A DNA stretch of 63,599 nt, the filler included, from Limisphaerales bacterium (GTDB lineage Bacteria; Verrucomicrobiota; Verrucomicrobiia; Limisphaerales; SIBE01): NCBI GenBank assembly GCA_044225505.1. It is 4 parts of 4 records of this genome, joined end to end, with 100 filler letters (N's around TTAATTAATTAA, not from the genome) between each part and the next. Parts side by side here need not be neighbours in the genome. Positions count along the whole stretch, not along the records: positions 1 to 17,033 come from JBGAIN010000165.1; 3 more parts are not named here. One strand, 5' to 3'. The notes beneath the pieces were generated by a model that worked only from the letters and a program-made list of their open reading frames with translations, was not told where the DNA came from and searched no databases. Each line of letters begins with the position of its first letter. The stretch's first letter is position 1. Below, one piece after another: positions 1 through 9,707 of this stretch. Both the position numbers and the translations under genes were made by a program.

Positions 1-18
1 CAGTTTTGAATGATTCAT
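1..18 (-). CDS. 5' end of an unidentified gene running off the window (MNHSKL...)
   Basis: Minus-strand ATG at 18 preceded by an AAGGAG Shine-Dalgarno (25-30). Confidence 0.5.
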
Positions 19-199
19 AATGCACTCCTTTGATTTAGGTTTGTCTGGCAGTTCGGGACAAGGGATGCCTGCCCGATCTGAGGTCAAGGTACGTAACTGA
101 CTTACCGGATCAATCGTGTGCGCGGCCCGTTTTTGGGTTAGGCAAAAGCCTGTGGAGATTAATGGAGCTTGTTGACGAGGAGGAGATTGCGTCGAGTGC

Positions 200-892
200 T
201 CAAGGCTTGATAGCCCGGCGGCGGTGGCTCAGCAGCCATTTATAAAGTGCCGGATTGGCGTAGGTCTCGGTCCAGCAATCGTGCTCGCTGTTCGGATAAA
301 CCGTCAGTTTGGCGCGATTTCCCACTTCTTTCAATGCCGCTATCATTCGTTCGGATTCCAGCAGCGGCACGACTGAGTCTTTGGCACCGTGAAATGCCCA
401 AACGCCCAGCGACCTTATCGCGCGAAGCTGTTTCGTGGTCGCGAGCAGCACTGGCAACAAAGTCCCACCGCCGCAGAGCGGGACAATGGCCGCGAACTTT
501 TCGGGGTGGGCCAGCGCCAGCTCCCAAGTCCCGTAACCGCCCATGCTCAGTCCCGTGAGGTAAACACGGTTCGGATCGACGTTGTAACGTTCCTGCACGT
601 CCTTCAATAAATGCAATAACAGTCCTTTAGACCACGCCTCACCTGCTGGGCATTGAGGAGACACCACAATGAAGGGAAAATCGGGTCGTTCCGAAACCAA
701 GTGGGGAGGCCCATGGGCCGCCACTCTGGAGAGGTTCGCACCCCGTTCCCCGGCCCCATGGAGAAAGAGAAGCAGCGGCCAGGGCGCCGCGGGGGCACTT
801 TCATAAGCCGCCGGCAAAAACAATAAGTACCTGGCCCGAAGGTCCTGGTTCACGGTCGATTGGAATTGCTGAGGCGATTGCTTGGCGTTCAC
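200..892 (-). CDS. Alpha/beta hydrolase (predicted peptidase / phospholipase-carboxylesterase family)
   Basis: FLHGAGERG, GLSMGG nucleophile elbow, FHGAKD and late H (EHDCW) form a catalytic triad; overlaps the upstream stop (ATGA). Confidence 0.9.
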   Translation of the reverse strand: MNAKQSPQQFQSTVNQDLRARYLLFLPAAYESAPAAPWPLLLFLHGAGERGANLSRVAAHGPPHLVSERPDFPFIVVSPQCPAGEAWSKGLLLHLLKDVQERYNVDPNRVYLTGLSMGGYGTWELALAHPEKFAAIVPLCGGGTLLPVLLATTKQLRAIRSLGVWAFHGAKDSVVPLLESERMIAALKEVGNRAKLTVYPNSEHDCWTETYANPALYKWLLSHRRRAIKP

Positions 893-1860
893 ATCAACTT
901 CATTTTGGGGAGATCTTGCGAATCGATAAGCCCGACCGGCTCTTGACGGGCGTTCACGACGATTAAGTCGTCGATATTCCGTTCGTCGAAGACTTTGACA
1001 GCTTCCATCGCCAAAGCGTCCTCGTGGATCACAATCGGTCGTAACGTCATTACGTTTTTCAAGGGGCGACTCAAGACGTTTTCATCGCTTGCCATCCGTC
1101 TTCGCAAGTCACCGTCTGTGAAGACGCCCGCCAAGCAGCCTTGCGCATCAATGACGCTGACACTGCCAGACTTGGCTCGAGTCATGACCAGAAGGGCCTC
1201 TTTGACGGTGGCATTCGCGCTGATTACCGCATTGCGATCGCCCGTGCGCATGATCTCCCGAACACGTAGGAGGAGCGCCCGGCCAATCGCGCCCGAGGGG
1301 TGTCTCTTGGCAAAGTCTTGCGGACGAAACCCGCGCGCTTCCAGAATAGCCATGGCGAAGGCATCACATAACACGAGCATGGCGGTGGTGCTCGCGGTTG
1401 GAGCGAGGTTGAATGGGCACGCTTCGCGGGGAACTTTCGCATTTAACACCACGTCGCTGTAGCGCGCTAGAGTAGATTGCGGCGCCCCCGTGACAGAAAC
1501 AATCCGGACCGAAAAGCGCTTTAGCGCAGGGAGGAAATGGAGCAGTTCATCCGTTTCGCCGGTGTAGCTCAGGGCCAAGATCAGATCTCCATCATTGAGC
1601 AACCCCAAGTCTCCATGCATCGCGTCGACACTGTTCATAACTACCGCGGGTGCTCCAGTGCTGGTTAAGGTGGCGGCAATCTTGTGTCCGAGATTGCCCG
1701 ATTTGCCGATGCCTACAACGACGATTTTCCCCTTGTGGCGAATGGTCTCCACGGCGAGCTCGACAGCCGCGTCAAACGCTCCGTCCAGCTGATTTTGGAC
1801 AGCTTTGATTCCCTCCAGTTCCGATTCGAAAACTTCCCGCGCTCGGTCAACGTGACTCAC
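889..1860 (-). CDS. kdsD: KpsF/GutQ family arabinose-5-phosphate isomerase (SIS + 2 CBS)
   Basis: GIGKSG, HGDLG, EACPFNLAPTASTT, HPSGAIG and TDGDLRR motifs; likely GTG start at 1860, since the ORF-track extension to 2283 overlaps the divergent gene. Confidence 0.92.
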   Translation of the reverse strand: MSHVDRAREVFESELEGIKAVQNQLDGAFDAAVELAVETIRHKGKIVVVGIGKSGNLGHKIAATLTSTGAPAVVMNSVDAMHGDLGLLNDGDLILALSYTGETDELLHFLPALKRFSVRIVSVTGAPQSTLARYSDVVLNAKVPREACPFNLAPTASTTAMLVLCDAFAMAILEARGFRPQDFAKRHPSGAIGRALLLRVREIMRTGDRNAVISANATVKEALLVMTRAKSGSVSVIDAQGCLAGVFTDGDLRRRMASDENVLSRPLKNVMTLRPIVIHEDALAMEAVKVFDERNIDDLIVVNARQEPVGLIDSQDLPKMKLM

Positions 1861-2122
1861 CTTGGCAGCTTGCCAGTGGGGGGCGGCACTTTCAATGTCG
1901 AACCGTCTTCCGGCTTGGAGCGGGACGCGGTGGGCATGGAACGAGGAACCCCGAGCAGGGCTGAAGGGGGAGCCTCCTTGTGAATCCCCGATCCGCCCTG
2001 CGCTTTCGCTGTTCCTCCGCTGAGTGGGCTCCTGGCGGCGTGGCTCCCACTCTCCCTTCCATGATGCGGCAGAACTTGATCTTTCTGGGGAAAGTCGGTT
2101 TTCTAGGCGCGGTTCATTCAAC

Positions 2123-3219
2123 ATGACACTCGAGCAAACTTCCAACGTGGCCGCAGTTCCCGAACGAGCATCGAGCGCCCGCGTTCTTTCCGTGGATGCC
2201 CTTCGCGGTTTCGATATGTTTTGGATCGTCGGAGGCGAGTGGATCGTTGAAGCCTTGCGCGATGTGAGTCCTAACCCCGTCACCGATTTTATCGGGACTC
2301 AACTGCAGCACGTCGAGTGGGAAGGCTTCCACTTTTACGATCTTATCTTTCCCACGTTTGTCTTCGTTATTGGCGTATCCCTGGTGTTGTCGCTGAGTCG
2401 AATCATTGCCCAGGAAGGGCGAGGAGCGGGCATCCGACGCGTGGTCCGTCGTAGCGTTCTCTTGTACCTCATAGGGATCTTCTACTACGGCGGCTTTTCG
2501 GCATCCGTGGATCACATTCGCTTGCTCGGTGTCTTGCAGCGTCTAGCCCTATGTTATCTTTTTGCTGGTTTGGCCTTTTGCTGCTTTGGTAGACGAGGCC
2601 TTGTGGTGACGTGCGTCACCTTGCTGGTGGGCTATTGGGCGATGATGACCTGGATCCCCATCCCGGAGTTTGGGGCAGGTAACTTTGCCGAAGGCAAAAA
2701 CCTGGCGAACTACGTTGACCGGCAGTATTTGCCCTGGCGCAAATGGGACGGAGATCCGGTGTCTTTGCGGGTCTCCTGCTCAAGGCGGGCTCCATTGAAC
2801 CACGGCGGAAAGTGACTTACTTACTGGTAGGGGGGGTGACGAGCATTTGTTTGGGATACCTCTGGTCCATCCAGTTTCCTATCATCAAGAAGCTTTGGAC
2901 ATCGTCCTATGTGCTCGTGGTGGGAGGCTGGAGCGCGGTGTTGTTAGGAGTCTTTTACCAGGTGGTTGATATCTGGAAAATGCAGAAGTGGGCGCAGCCG
3001 TTCGTCTGGATCGGCATGAACGCGATCACCATTTATCTTCTTCATGCCCTGATCGATTTCCAGAAATTGGCTGGGCGCTTTGTTGGAGGAGACATTCAAA
3101 AGGCTTTGAACGACCGCATCCACGGGGCGGGCTCTCTGCTGGTGGCGTTCGTTGCCGTCGTGCTCACTTTTGCCGTCGTCCGGTTCCTTTACCAGCGGCG
3201 CGTGTTCGTGCGTTTATAG
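2123..3219 (+). pseudogene. DUF5009 / heparan-alpha-glucosaminide N-acetyltransferase-like (NagX-like) membrane protein, split by a deletion/frameshift near 2757
   Basis: RVLSVDALRGFDMFWI, DLIFPTF and GVLQRLAL in one frame; GVFAGLLL, PIIKKLWTSSYVL and GMNAITIY in a second frame; the usual DPEGLLS segment is missing at the junction. Confidence 0.8.
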
Positions 3220-3258
3220 CCCCTCGGCGAAATCCACATTCGAAAGCTGGCTGGTCCT

Positions 3259-4263
3259 ATGATTGCCGTCGCGGTTTACGACACCAGACCGTTCGATCGA
3301 GACTCGTTGCAAGCCGCAAGTCAAAACACGAGTTTGGATTGGCGATTTTGGGACTTCCGACTCACCGCGGCCACGGCATCATCAGCCCGGGGGACTCAGG
3401 CGGTGTGCGCTTTTGTTAACGATCAACTCGACCGGGCGTGTCTCGAGGCGCTGGCCGCTCAGGGCGTCCGCTTGCTGGTCTTGCGCTCGACCGGATTCAA
3501 CCACGTGGACCTAAACGCATCGAAAGACCTGAAACTGGTCGTCACCCGCGTTGCGGTCTATTCTCCTTATGCGGTGGCGGAACACGCTATTGCACTGCTC
3601 CTGACGCTGAACCGGAAGACGCACCGAGCCTACAATCGAGTTCGCGAATTGAACTTCTCGCTTCACGGATTGGTCGGGTTCGATCTCCACGGCAAGACTG
3701 CTGGGATTATTGGGACTGGGAAAATTGGAAGAATTGCTGCCCAGATCATGCGTGGCTTTGGAATGCGAGTGCTGGCGTTCGATCCGGTCCCGGGGGCGGA
3801 CTGGGCTGCGCAGAGCGGCGTGAGTTACGTCCCGATTCCGACCCTCCTCGCTCAGAGTGACATTGTCTCTTTGCATGTCCCTTTAACTCCGGAAACCAAA
3901 CACCTCATCCAACGGGGGACTCTCGAAGCGATGAAACCGGGCGCGTTCCTGATCAATGTTAGCCGTGGGGCGCTGATCGACACCCAAGCGCTGATTGAGG
4001 CGCTGAAGAGCGGCCATCTCGGGGGAGTTGGATTGGATGTTTACGAAGAGGAGGAAGGCATCTTTTTCGAAGACCTCTCCGGGCAAATGTTGTTGGATGA
4101 CGAGTTGGCGCGATTGTTGACATTTCCAAACGTCATCATCACGGCGCACCAAGCTTTCCTAACGCGAGAAGCCCTGTCGGATATCGCCCGCGTCACTGTG
4201 GCTAACCTTGTCGCTTTTGGGCAGGGGCAGCCCTTCGTCCCCGGAACAGTTCTTACCGAGTGA
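3259..4263 (+). CDS. ldhA: D-lactate dehydrogenase / D-isomer-specific 2-hydroxyacid dehydrogenase
   Basis: YSPYAVAEH, GIIGTGKIG, LINVSRGALID, LDVYEEE and TAHQAFLT motifs. Confidence 0.9.
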   Translation: MIAVAVYDTRPFDRDSLQAASQNTSLDWRFWDFRLTAATASSARGTQAVCAFVNDQLDRACLEALAAQGVRLLVLRSTGFNHVDLNASKDLKLVVTRVAVYSPYAVAEHAIALLLTLNRKTHRAYNRVRELNFSLHGLVGFDLHGKTAGIIGTGKIGRIAAQIMRGFGMRVLAFDPVPGADWAAQSGVSYVPIPTLLAQSDIVSLHVPLTPETKHLIQRGTLEAMKPGAFLINVSRGALIDTQALIEALKSGHLGGVGLDVYEEEEGIFFEDLSGQMLLDDELARLLTFPNVIITAHQAFLTREALSDIARVTVANLVAFGQGQPFVPGTVLTE

Positions 4264-4267
4264 GCCC

Positions 4268-5293
4268 TCAGGTCGGGCGCCAACGAGAGCCGTCTGGGAA
4301 GACGGTGACTTGCTGATACTTGCCGGCGCGCAAATCCAGTTCGATTAGTTTAGCGCCTTTCCGCAGCTTTTCGCCACCGTAGCCAGCGTGGCCGGTCGCG
4401 CGACCGTAAACTAAATCCACAGAACGACTCCGGACCACGTAGTCGTTGGTGTGATCATGGCCGCAAAAGCAGGCGAGAAGCCGGGTGTCAGCCGCGAGGA
4501 TAGGAACGGCGTCGCCCGATTCTTTTTCGTGGCAGACAGCTTCTTGGCAAACTCCTGGGGTCTGGCCAGGAACGTAAAGCGTCTTCTGCTCTAATAGCGG
4601 GATGTGATAGAAAGCGAGGGATGGCACAGGGGAAACTCCCGTTCCCGCGAGAGCGGTGCGCGCGCCACGAAGCCAGTCCAACTGCCATGCCGTCAGCCCG
4701 TAACGGTTCGAATTAAGAAACCACAACTGCGCAGTTGGTAAACCTTTGCTTTCTTGCGTGTGAACTGCAATCGAGTAGTCGCCGTGGCTTGCGCCGCCTC
4801 GATAAAGTGAATGGCGAGCCGTTTCGAGCGCATCATGTCCCGTTTGATAGTCATCGAGGATATCGTGGTTGCCCCAGCAGAACGCCCAAGGCACTCCCAG
4901 GGGTTCGATCCAGCGTAAGACATGAAACAAGCTAGCCAGGCCCCGCCCGCCAGGATTGTCGTGCACAGCGTCGCCCGTGAAGACAAGCAGATCAGGGGAG
5001 AAAATGCGCACGAACGCTTGCCAGTCGCGCTCCGTCTGAACGTCGGCGTCGGTGATGGTAAGGCCTTCCTTTACACCGCAGAAGAAGTGGTTGTCCGTGA
5101 ACTGAAGGATCCGAAGAGACTGCCGGTTCCCTATATCAAGCACCGCTGCTGAAGTTTTCTTGGCCGCCCGAGTGGAACGTCCAATCTCGGGTGGTTCAGC
5201 GGAAATTTGGGAGAATAGTCGCCGCGCCGAACAGGGCGCCGAAAGCGCCGCCAGAGTTGCTGGTCCGAGTTGAAGGAAATGCCGGCGGTTCAT
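4268..5293 (-). CDS. Tat-exported calcineurin-like metallophosphoesterase
   Basis: MNRRHFL twin-arginine signal; DxH, GD, GNHD and GHDH motifs. Confidence 0.88.
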   Translation of the reverse strand: MNRRHFLQLGPATLAALSAPCSARRLFSQISAEPPEIGRSTRAAKKTSAAVLDIGNRQSLRILQFTDNHFFCGVKEGLTITDADVQTERDWQAFVRIFSPDLLVFTGDAVHDNPGGRGLASLFHVLRWIEPLGVPWAFCWGNHDILDDYQTGHDALETARHSLYRGGASHGDYSIAVHTQESKGLPTAQLWFLNSNRYGLTAWQLDWLRGARTALAGTGVSPVPSLAFYHIPLLEQKTLYVPGQTPGVCQEAVCHEKESGDAVPILAADTRLLACFCGHDHTNDYVVRSRSVDLVYGRATGHAGYGGEKLRKGAKLIELDLRAGKYQQVTVFPDGSRWRPT

Positions 5294-5387
5294 CGGGTGG
5301 TTACGGTTCATCGGGCTTGCTGTTTTACTCTTTGTTCGTCACTCCACGGTGCCTCTTGGAGGGCAAAAGTGGTTCTCTGCTGCTTGG

Positions 5388-6251
5388 TCAACGCTTCGGT
5401 GTCGAAGCGCCTTGCGCCTTCGCTGGCGCTGGCATCCCCGCTGTCGGCGCATCTCCCATGAGTTCCGCGACCTTCGATTCGATGGCTGCTGCCCAAAGGC
5501 GAAATCCCTCCTCGTTCGGATGCTCAAAGTCCGGCATTAAAGCGGCTGGGATACTTCCGTCCGGGCGCAGAAAGAGATAATTCACATCCATATAAAACAC
5601 GTGCTTGCCGTCTGCGAGCTTGGACGCGATTTGATTGGCGGTCGCGAGCACCGCCCGCTCCGCCGTCGGCTTCTCCCCGCGCGGGAATATGGCCAGGACG
5701 AGAATCTTTGTTTCAGGTAGCTTGTCGCGAAGAGTTTGTACAATGGCCGTCACGCCCGCTCCGATCTCTTCCCCCGTGTTGGAAGGACCGTTGTTTTGCC
5801 CGATCATGACAATCGCCAGCTTCGGCGAGATCCCATCGACGTTGCCGTTTTGTAGCCGCCACAAGACTTGCTCTGTCCGGTCCCCGGAGATCCCCAGGAT
5901 CACGCCGTTGCGCTTCGCGTAATAATGGTCCCACACCGGTTTCCCATCCCACCTCCAATTCCCGACAATCGAGTCTCCGATATATACGAGGTCGACGTTT
6001 CCCTGCTTCGCGCGTGCGTTCATGGCCTGATGTCGTGACCGCCAGGTATCGCTCCCACCGGGTGTTGGAACGACTGCCGTGTTCACTCTTCCAGCGGCGC
6101 TACCGAGCTGCGCGGCGTTGTCCGCCACGCTCGATGCGACCGTCCAGCAAGACACGAGGCAAAGCGCCAGACCCCATTGCGGGCGATGGCTGGTCACAAC
6201 GACTCCTCTCGCGATAGAGCCGCTCCATTCAGCCAAATTCCACTCGCACAC
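5388..6251 (-). CDS. Secreted SGNH/GDSL esterase (PAF-acetylhydrolase Ib-like)
   Basis: IGDSI, GISGDRT, IGQNN and DFEHP motifs; start codon uncertain. Confidence 0.88.
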   Translation of the reverse strand: MCEWNLAEWSGSIARGVVVTSHRPQWGLALCLVSCWTVASSVADNAAQLGSAAGRVNTAVVPTPGGSDTWRSRHQAMNARAKQGNVDLVYIGDSIVGNWRWDGKPVWDHYYAKRNGVILGISGDRTEQVLWRLQNGNVDGISPKLAIVMIGQNNGPSNTGEEIGAGVTAIVQTLRDKLPETKILVLAIFPRGEKPTAERAVLATANQIASKLADGKHVFYMDVNYLFLRPDGSIPAALMPDFEHPNEEGFRLWAAAIESKVAELMGDAPTAGMPAPAKAQGASTPKR

Positions 6252-6536
6252 CCGATCGGAAAGAGACCAGCCGGAACGTGATGGAGGATAAGATGTGGCC
6301 TATGGCACGCTTCCTGGGTTAAGGAGAATTGCTTGGGCGTCGAGTTCATTTGCGGAATATTGTGCCTCTGCAATTGGCGAGGACAAGCATGGTCTGCAAC
6401 TTTTTGAGGAGCACTTGCTCGAGTTGTGAGGGAGGGAAGCTTCCAGGGTAACGGGCGGTTTTACCGGGTGTGCAGCCGCTTGGATTGTCACGCCTGGACC
6501 CGCGATGTCTTGCTCGACCCGAGAGTGCCGATGTCC

Positions 6537-6565
6537 AAAAAAAAGGCCGGGCAAAAGCCCGGCCT
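6537..6565 (-). terminator. Rho-independent terminator of the 6592-9297 gene
   Basis: AGGCCGGGC-AAAA-GCCCGGCCT hairpin followed by a T run on the minus strand. Confidence 0.85.
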
Positions 6566-6591
6566 GTGTTTCGTTAAAGTTAACTAGCGCC

Positions 6592-9297
6592 TTACTTCTT
6601 TGAGCGATAGAACTTCGTCGCCCCTGTCGGTGTGACAGAGAGCGGGCTTGTGCCCGGGACTGCGGTCCACGGTCCGATCACGGCGTCCGCTCCTTCGAGA
6701 GTGCCTTCAAACGTAATGCTAAGGCCTGTCCCAGCGCGATCGATGGAAAGGCCTGGTCCAGCGACGGCACCCGACTTGGAGTCCAGTTGGTCCGGAGTGA
6801 GGATGCCCTTGGTCACTTTCAAGCGATCGAGTTGTCCGGTGAATTGGAGGCCGAAGGTCGGTTCCGAACCGATGTAGAAGACCTGGTTGGTGCGGGTGAA
6901 ATTCACACCGCTCGTATAGGCTTGAGTGTCGGCCAATGCGCCGTCCACATAGAACCGGAATTCTTTCTTGTTCTCGTGCACAACGGCGACGTGATGCCAC
7001 TTGCCATCATCAGGGACGGCCGCTTTCGAGGATTGGTCTTTAATGCCGAGTGTTGTGACGAATAGCGTGCGGTCGGTGAAGATCGAGAAGGACAATGCGC
7101 CTCCTGGACCATTGTTGAAGTAGAAGACCTGCCGAGTGGAAGGATTACCCGCGATGTTAATCCATGCCTGCATCGTGAACGATGCATCGGCAGGGTCGAG
7201 TTTGACCTTGCCCGTCGGGTCCTGCACAACGATTTGCTTGGCCGTTCCGAAGCTCACGGCTGTGTCACCCGATTGCGCGCTCGGACTGGACGTGACCCAC
7301 GCCGGAGCGTTTGTGCCTGCGCCAAAGGTGCCGATCAGTTTGCTGGCAGCGTCTGTAGTCGTTGTGCCTTGGCCTTCGTTAAACTGGAAGTCCAAGAGTT
7401 CTGGCGACTCAGGGGCAGCGGCCACATCGTAGAGGGCGAAGTTATCGATCCCGAAGTACCAGCTGTCCGTTCCGAGTTGCGCGAAGCGGATGCGAACGTC
7501 GGATTTGCCCGCTGCTTTCGGCAAGCTGAACACTTCGACGCGCTTGCCTTCGGTAGAATCGTCGTTGACGCGTGGAGAGATGTAAGCCGCGAGGTCCGCG
7601 GTAATCGGGGCGGCTAGGCCAGCCCCATAGTTGTCACCCTTGGCCACTCCGTCTACTTCCCAGTTGGCGGTGTCATCATTTTTATTGTTGAACGTGGCGA
7701 CTGCATCGTAGGTGCCGTCCGCTTTCGTCACGATGTCCGGACTATCCAGGAAATAGACGATTGGGAGCCAGTTTGTTCCACCGTCGACCGAGTATTCAAC
7801 TCCGCCCAGGCTATCCTGGTTTTGCTCATACAAACTGCTGAAGCTCAGGACGACTCCCTTAAACTGAGAGCAGTCGTAGGCCTTGGTCTCAATGAACTGC
7901 GCCTGGCCAGCATTGGTGCCACCGTCCGAGTCCGAATTGCAGCGGCCATCGGATTCAGCATAGAGCACATTGCCAGACATCAGTGTCACAACCGGCTTGC
8001 CATTGATAAGCTGGCCGGGAGCGACGTTGAAGACGCGGTCCCCGTCCACCGTTTGCACGTTATTGGTGCTGATGACCACCCAGTTCATGAAGGAGTCGGA
8101 AGTCTGGTCGGCCGGATCTTCACCAGCCGTGCACCTTGAGGAGTGATTGTAAGCTTTCCATCCGGTCGGCTGAGTTCCCTCGGCATACGAATCAAAGTTT
8201 TCCGTAAACTTCGGCTCAGGCAGAACAATGTTCTTCAGGTTCATGAACTGCCACGAACTGGAGGTGCCATTAAAGCTCAGTTCGGCTGTATGCAAATCCG
8301 ACGGCAGCAAGAGAACATCCGCTGGCGTGTAGGTTACAGTGACGGACTTGCCCGTGCGGACCTTGCTGACGGTGACGGCCGTACCGTCCACTTTCAACGC
8401 GATCGAGGCGTCATCGACAGCCACGCTGGTCCCGTCGACCAGAACAATTTCCAGTTTGGAACCGACCAAGCTGGATTGCCGAGGTCCGGGCGGCGGATTC
8501 ACGGACTGCACGTGCGGGGGCAAGGTGATGTTGGCGGAGCGGTAAGCCTTCAACCCACCATTGGCAGTGTCGTTGAGCAGAACATATGTATCGTCTGCTT
8601 TGACGGTGAACCATTCCAAGAATGCGCCACCGCCACCTTCCTCATAGATCGTTCGGAACGGATAAATGCCGGCCTTTTCCACCGTCACGGTGAAAATGGT
8701 GCCAGGCGTGCCTTGGCTGCCCTCGGACAATCCGCACGAGACAGCTAAGAAAGGATCCCAATAAGCGCCGGCCGTCGTCTTAAAGGCGTCGTCGCTATCC
8801 ACACCCATCTTGGTATCGCCGGCTGGCAGTTCGATGTAAGTGATGACTTCCACGGCAATGCCATCGGTGCTGCCGTCCGTTGCCGGAACTCCGGGCATGA
8901 GTCCATCCGTATCGAAATTGCCGCCCGCGCCACCCTCTTCCTGATTTACATTAATGACGGTGGGAATCTCGAATTCGATAAGGGCGTTCGCAGGGCTAGG
9001 TGCTTTGCCCGCCGCTGTGGCGACACCGACGGAAGCCGGGTCGGCCAAGTTCGGCAGAGCGCTGCCATCCGCCGCTTTGAGTTGCCCCGCGAGAGCGGAC
9101 TCCGTGCGCGCGTTGCCGTTGACTTGATTGGCGCTGTTGGCAAACACGCGCCAGATAAATCCGGGTTTAGTCTTATCCACCGCGCTGTCTGGAATCGCGG
9201 CGCTGGCGGGGATGGTAGCCGCTTGGACACCAGGCAGTCCGCCTAGTCCAAGGAGGCACGTGAGTGCGACGAATTTGATCCTTCGTTTTGGGTTCAT
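6592..9297 (-). CDS. Large secreted protein: PA14-like domain, Ig-like domain, beta-sandwich region, LamG/ConA-like domain, C-terminal W...FYR module
   Basis: Signal peptide MNPKRRIKFVALTCLLGLGGLPGVQA; LamG motif DGKWHHVAVV...FYVDG...FTGQLDRL; ends KFYRSKK. Confidence 0.85.
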   Translation of the reverse strand: MNPKRRIKFVALTCLLGLGGLPGVQAATIPASAAIPDSAVDKTKPGFIWRVFANSANQVNGNARTESALAGQLKAADGSALPNLADPASVGVATAAGKAPSPANALIEFEIPTVINVNQEEGGAGGNFDTDGLMPGVPATDGSTDGIAVEVITYIELPAGDTKMGVDSDDAFKTTAGAYWDPFLAVSCGLSEGSQGTPGTIFTVTVEKAGIYPFRTIYEEGGGGAFLEWFTVKADDTYVLLNDTANGGLKAYRSANITLPPHVQSVNPPPGPRQSSLVGSKLEIVLVDGTSVAVDDASIALKVDGTAVTVSKVRTGKSVTVTYTPADVLLLPSDLHTAELSFNGTSSSWQFMNLKNIVLPEPKFTENFDSYAEGTQPTGWKAYNHSSRCTAGEDPADQTSDSFMNWVVISTNNVQTVDGDRVFNVAPGQLINGKPVVTLMSGNVLYAESDGRCNSDSDGGTNAGQAQFIETKAYDCSQFKGVVLSFSSLYEQNQDSLGGVEYSVDGGTNWLPIVYFLDSPDIVTKADGTYDAVATFNNKNDDTANWEVDGVAKGDNYGAGLAAPITADLAAYISPRVNDDSTEGKRVEVFSLPKAAGKSDVRIRFAQLGTDSWYFGIDNFALYDVAAAPESPELLDFQFNEGQGTTTTDAASKLIGTFGAGTNAPAWVTSSPSAQSGDTAVSFGTAKQIVVQDPTGKVKLDPADASFTMQAWINIAGNPSTRQVFYFNNGPGGALSFSIFTDRTLFVTTLGIKDQSSKAAVPDDGKWHHVAVVHENKKEFRFYVDGALADTQAYTSGVNFTRTNQVFYIGSEPTFGLQFTGQLDRLKVTKGILTPDQLDSKSGAVAGPGLSIDRAGTGLSITFEGTLEGADAVIGPWTAVPGTSPLSVTPTGATKFYRSKK

Positions 9298-9707
9298 GTC
9301 TTTTTTTAGGTGATGCTGATCTCGGACGTGGCACACAGCTAAAACATCCATCTGTGTCTATTTTCGCGATCAGAGTAACGACGGATACAAAGCTCGGCCG
9401 ACGCCGAACAGATCCGTTCTAGCAGTAGTAAGCAGAGTGATGCAATGAGAATTCCATCCGAGGAGCTGTAGAGTTTTGGCGTCGATTCGGTGACGAATTC
9501 CGAGTGCGCTGCTCTCCCGTAACTGGAGAGGTGCCATTCGGCATACTTCTTCCCTGCCGACAGCGATTAAGAATACAAAATAAGAGCAGCAAACGCAGTT
9601 TTTTGCCCGCGGACGCCACGTCGATCTTCGCTCTAAGCCGGCTGTTTTCAGGGCTAGGCGAGAAAAACTGCCCCTGGCCATGTGGGCAGCCTCACGGACG
9701 AGCCAGA

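Noticed and set aside
1861..2283. N-terminal extension of the KpsF/GutQ ORF (similar extensions on 14147-14317, 14518-14997, 35538-35672)
   Set aside because: Low-complexity translations upstream of better-supported starts, some overlapping divergent genes or repeats.
9300..9600. Known riboswitch (c-di-GMP, cobalamin, etc.) in the long leader of the 6592-9297 gene
   Set aside because: Hairpins are present but no consensus riboswitch motif is recognisable by eye.
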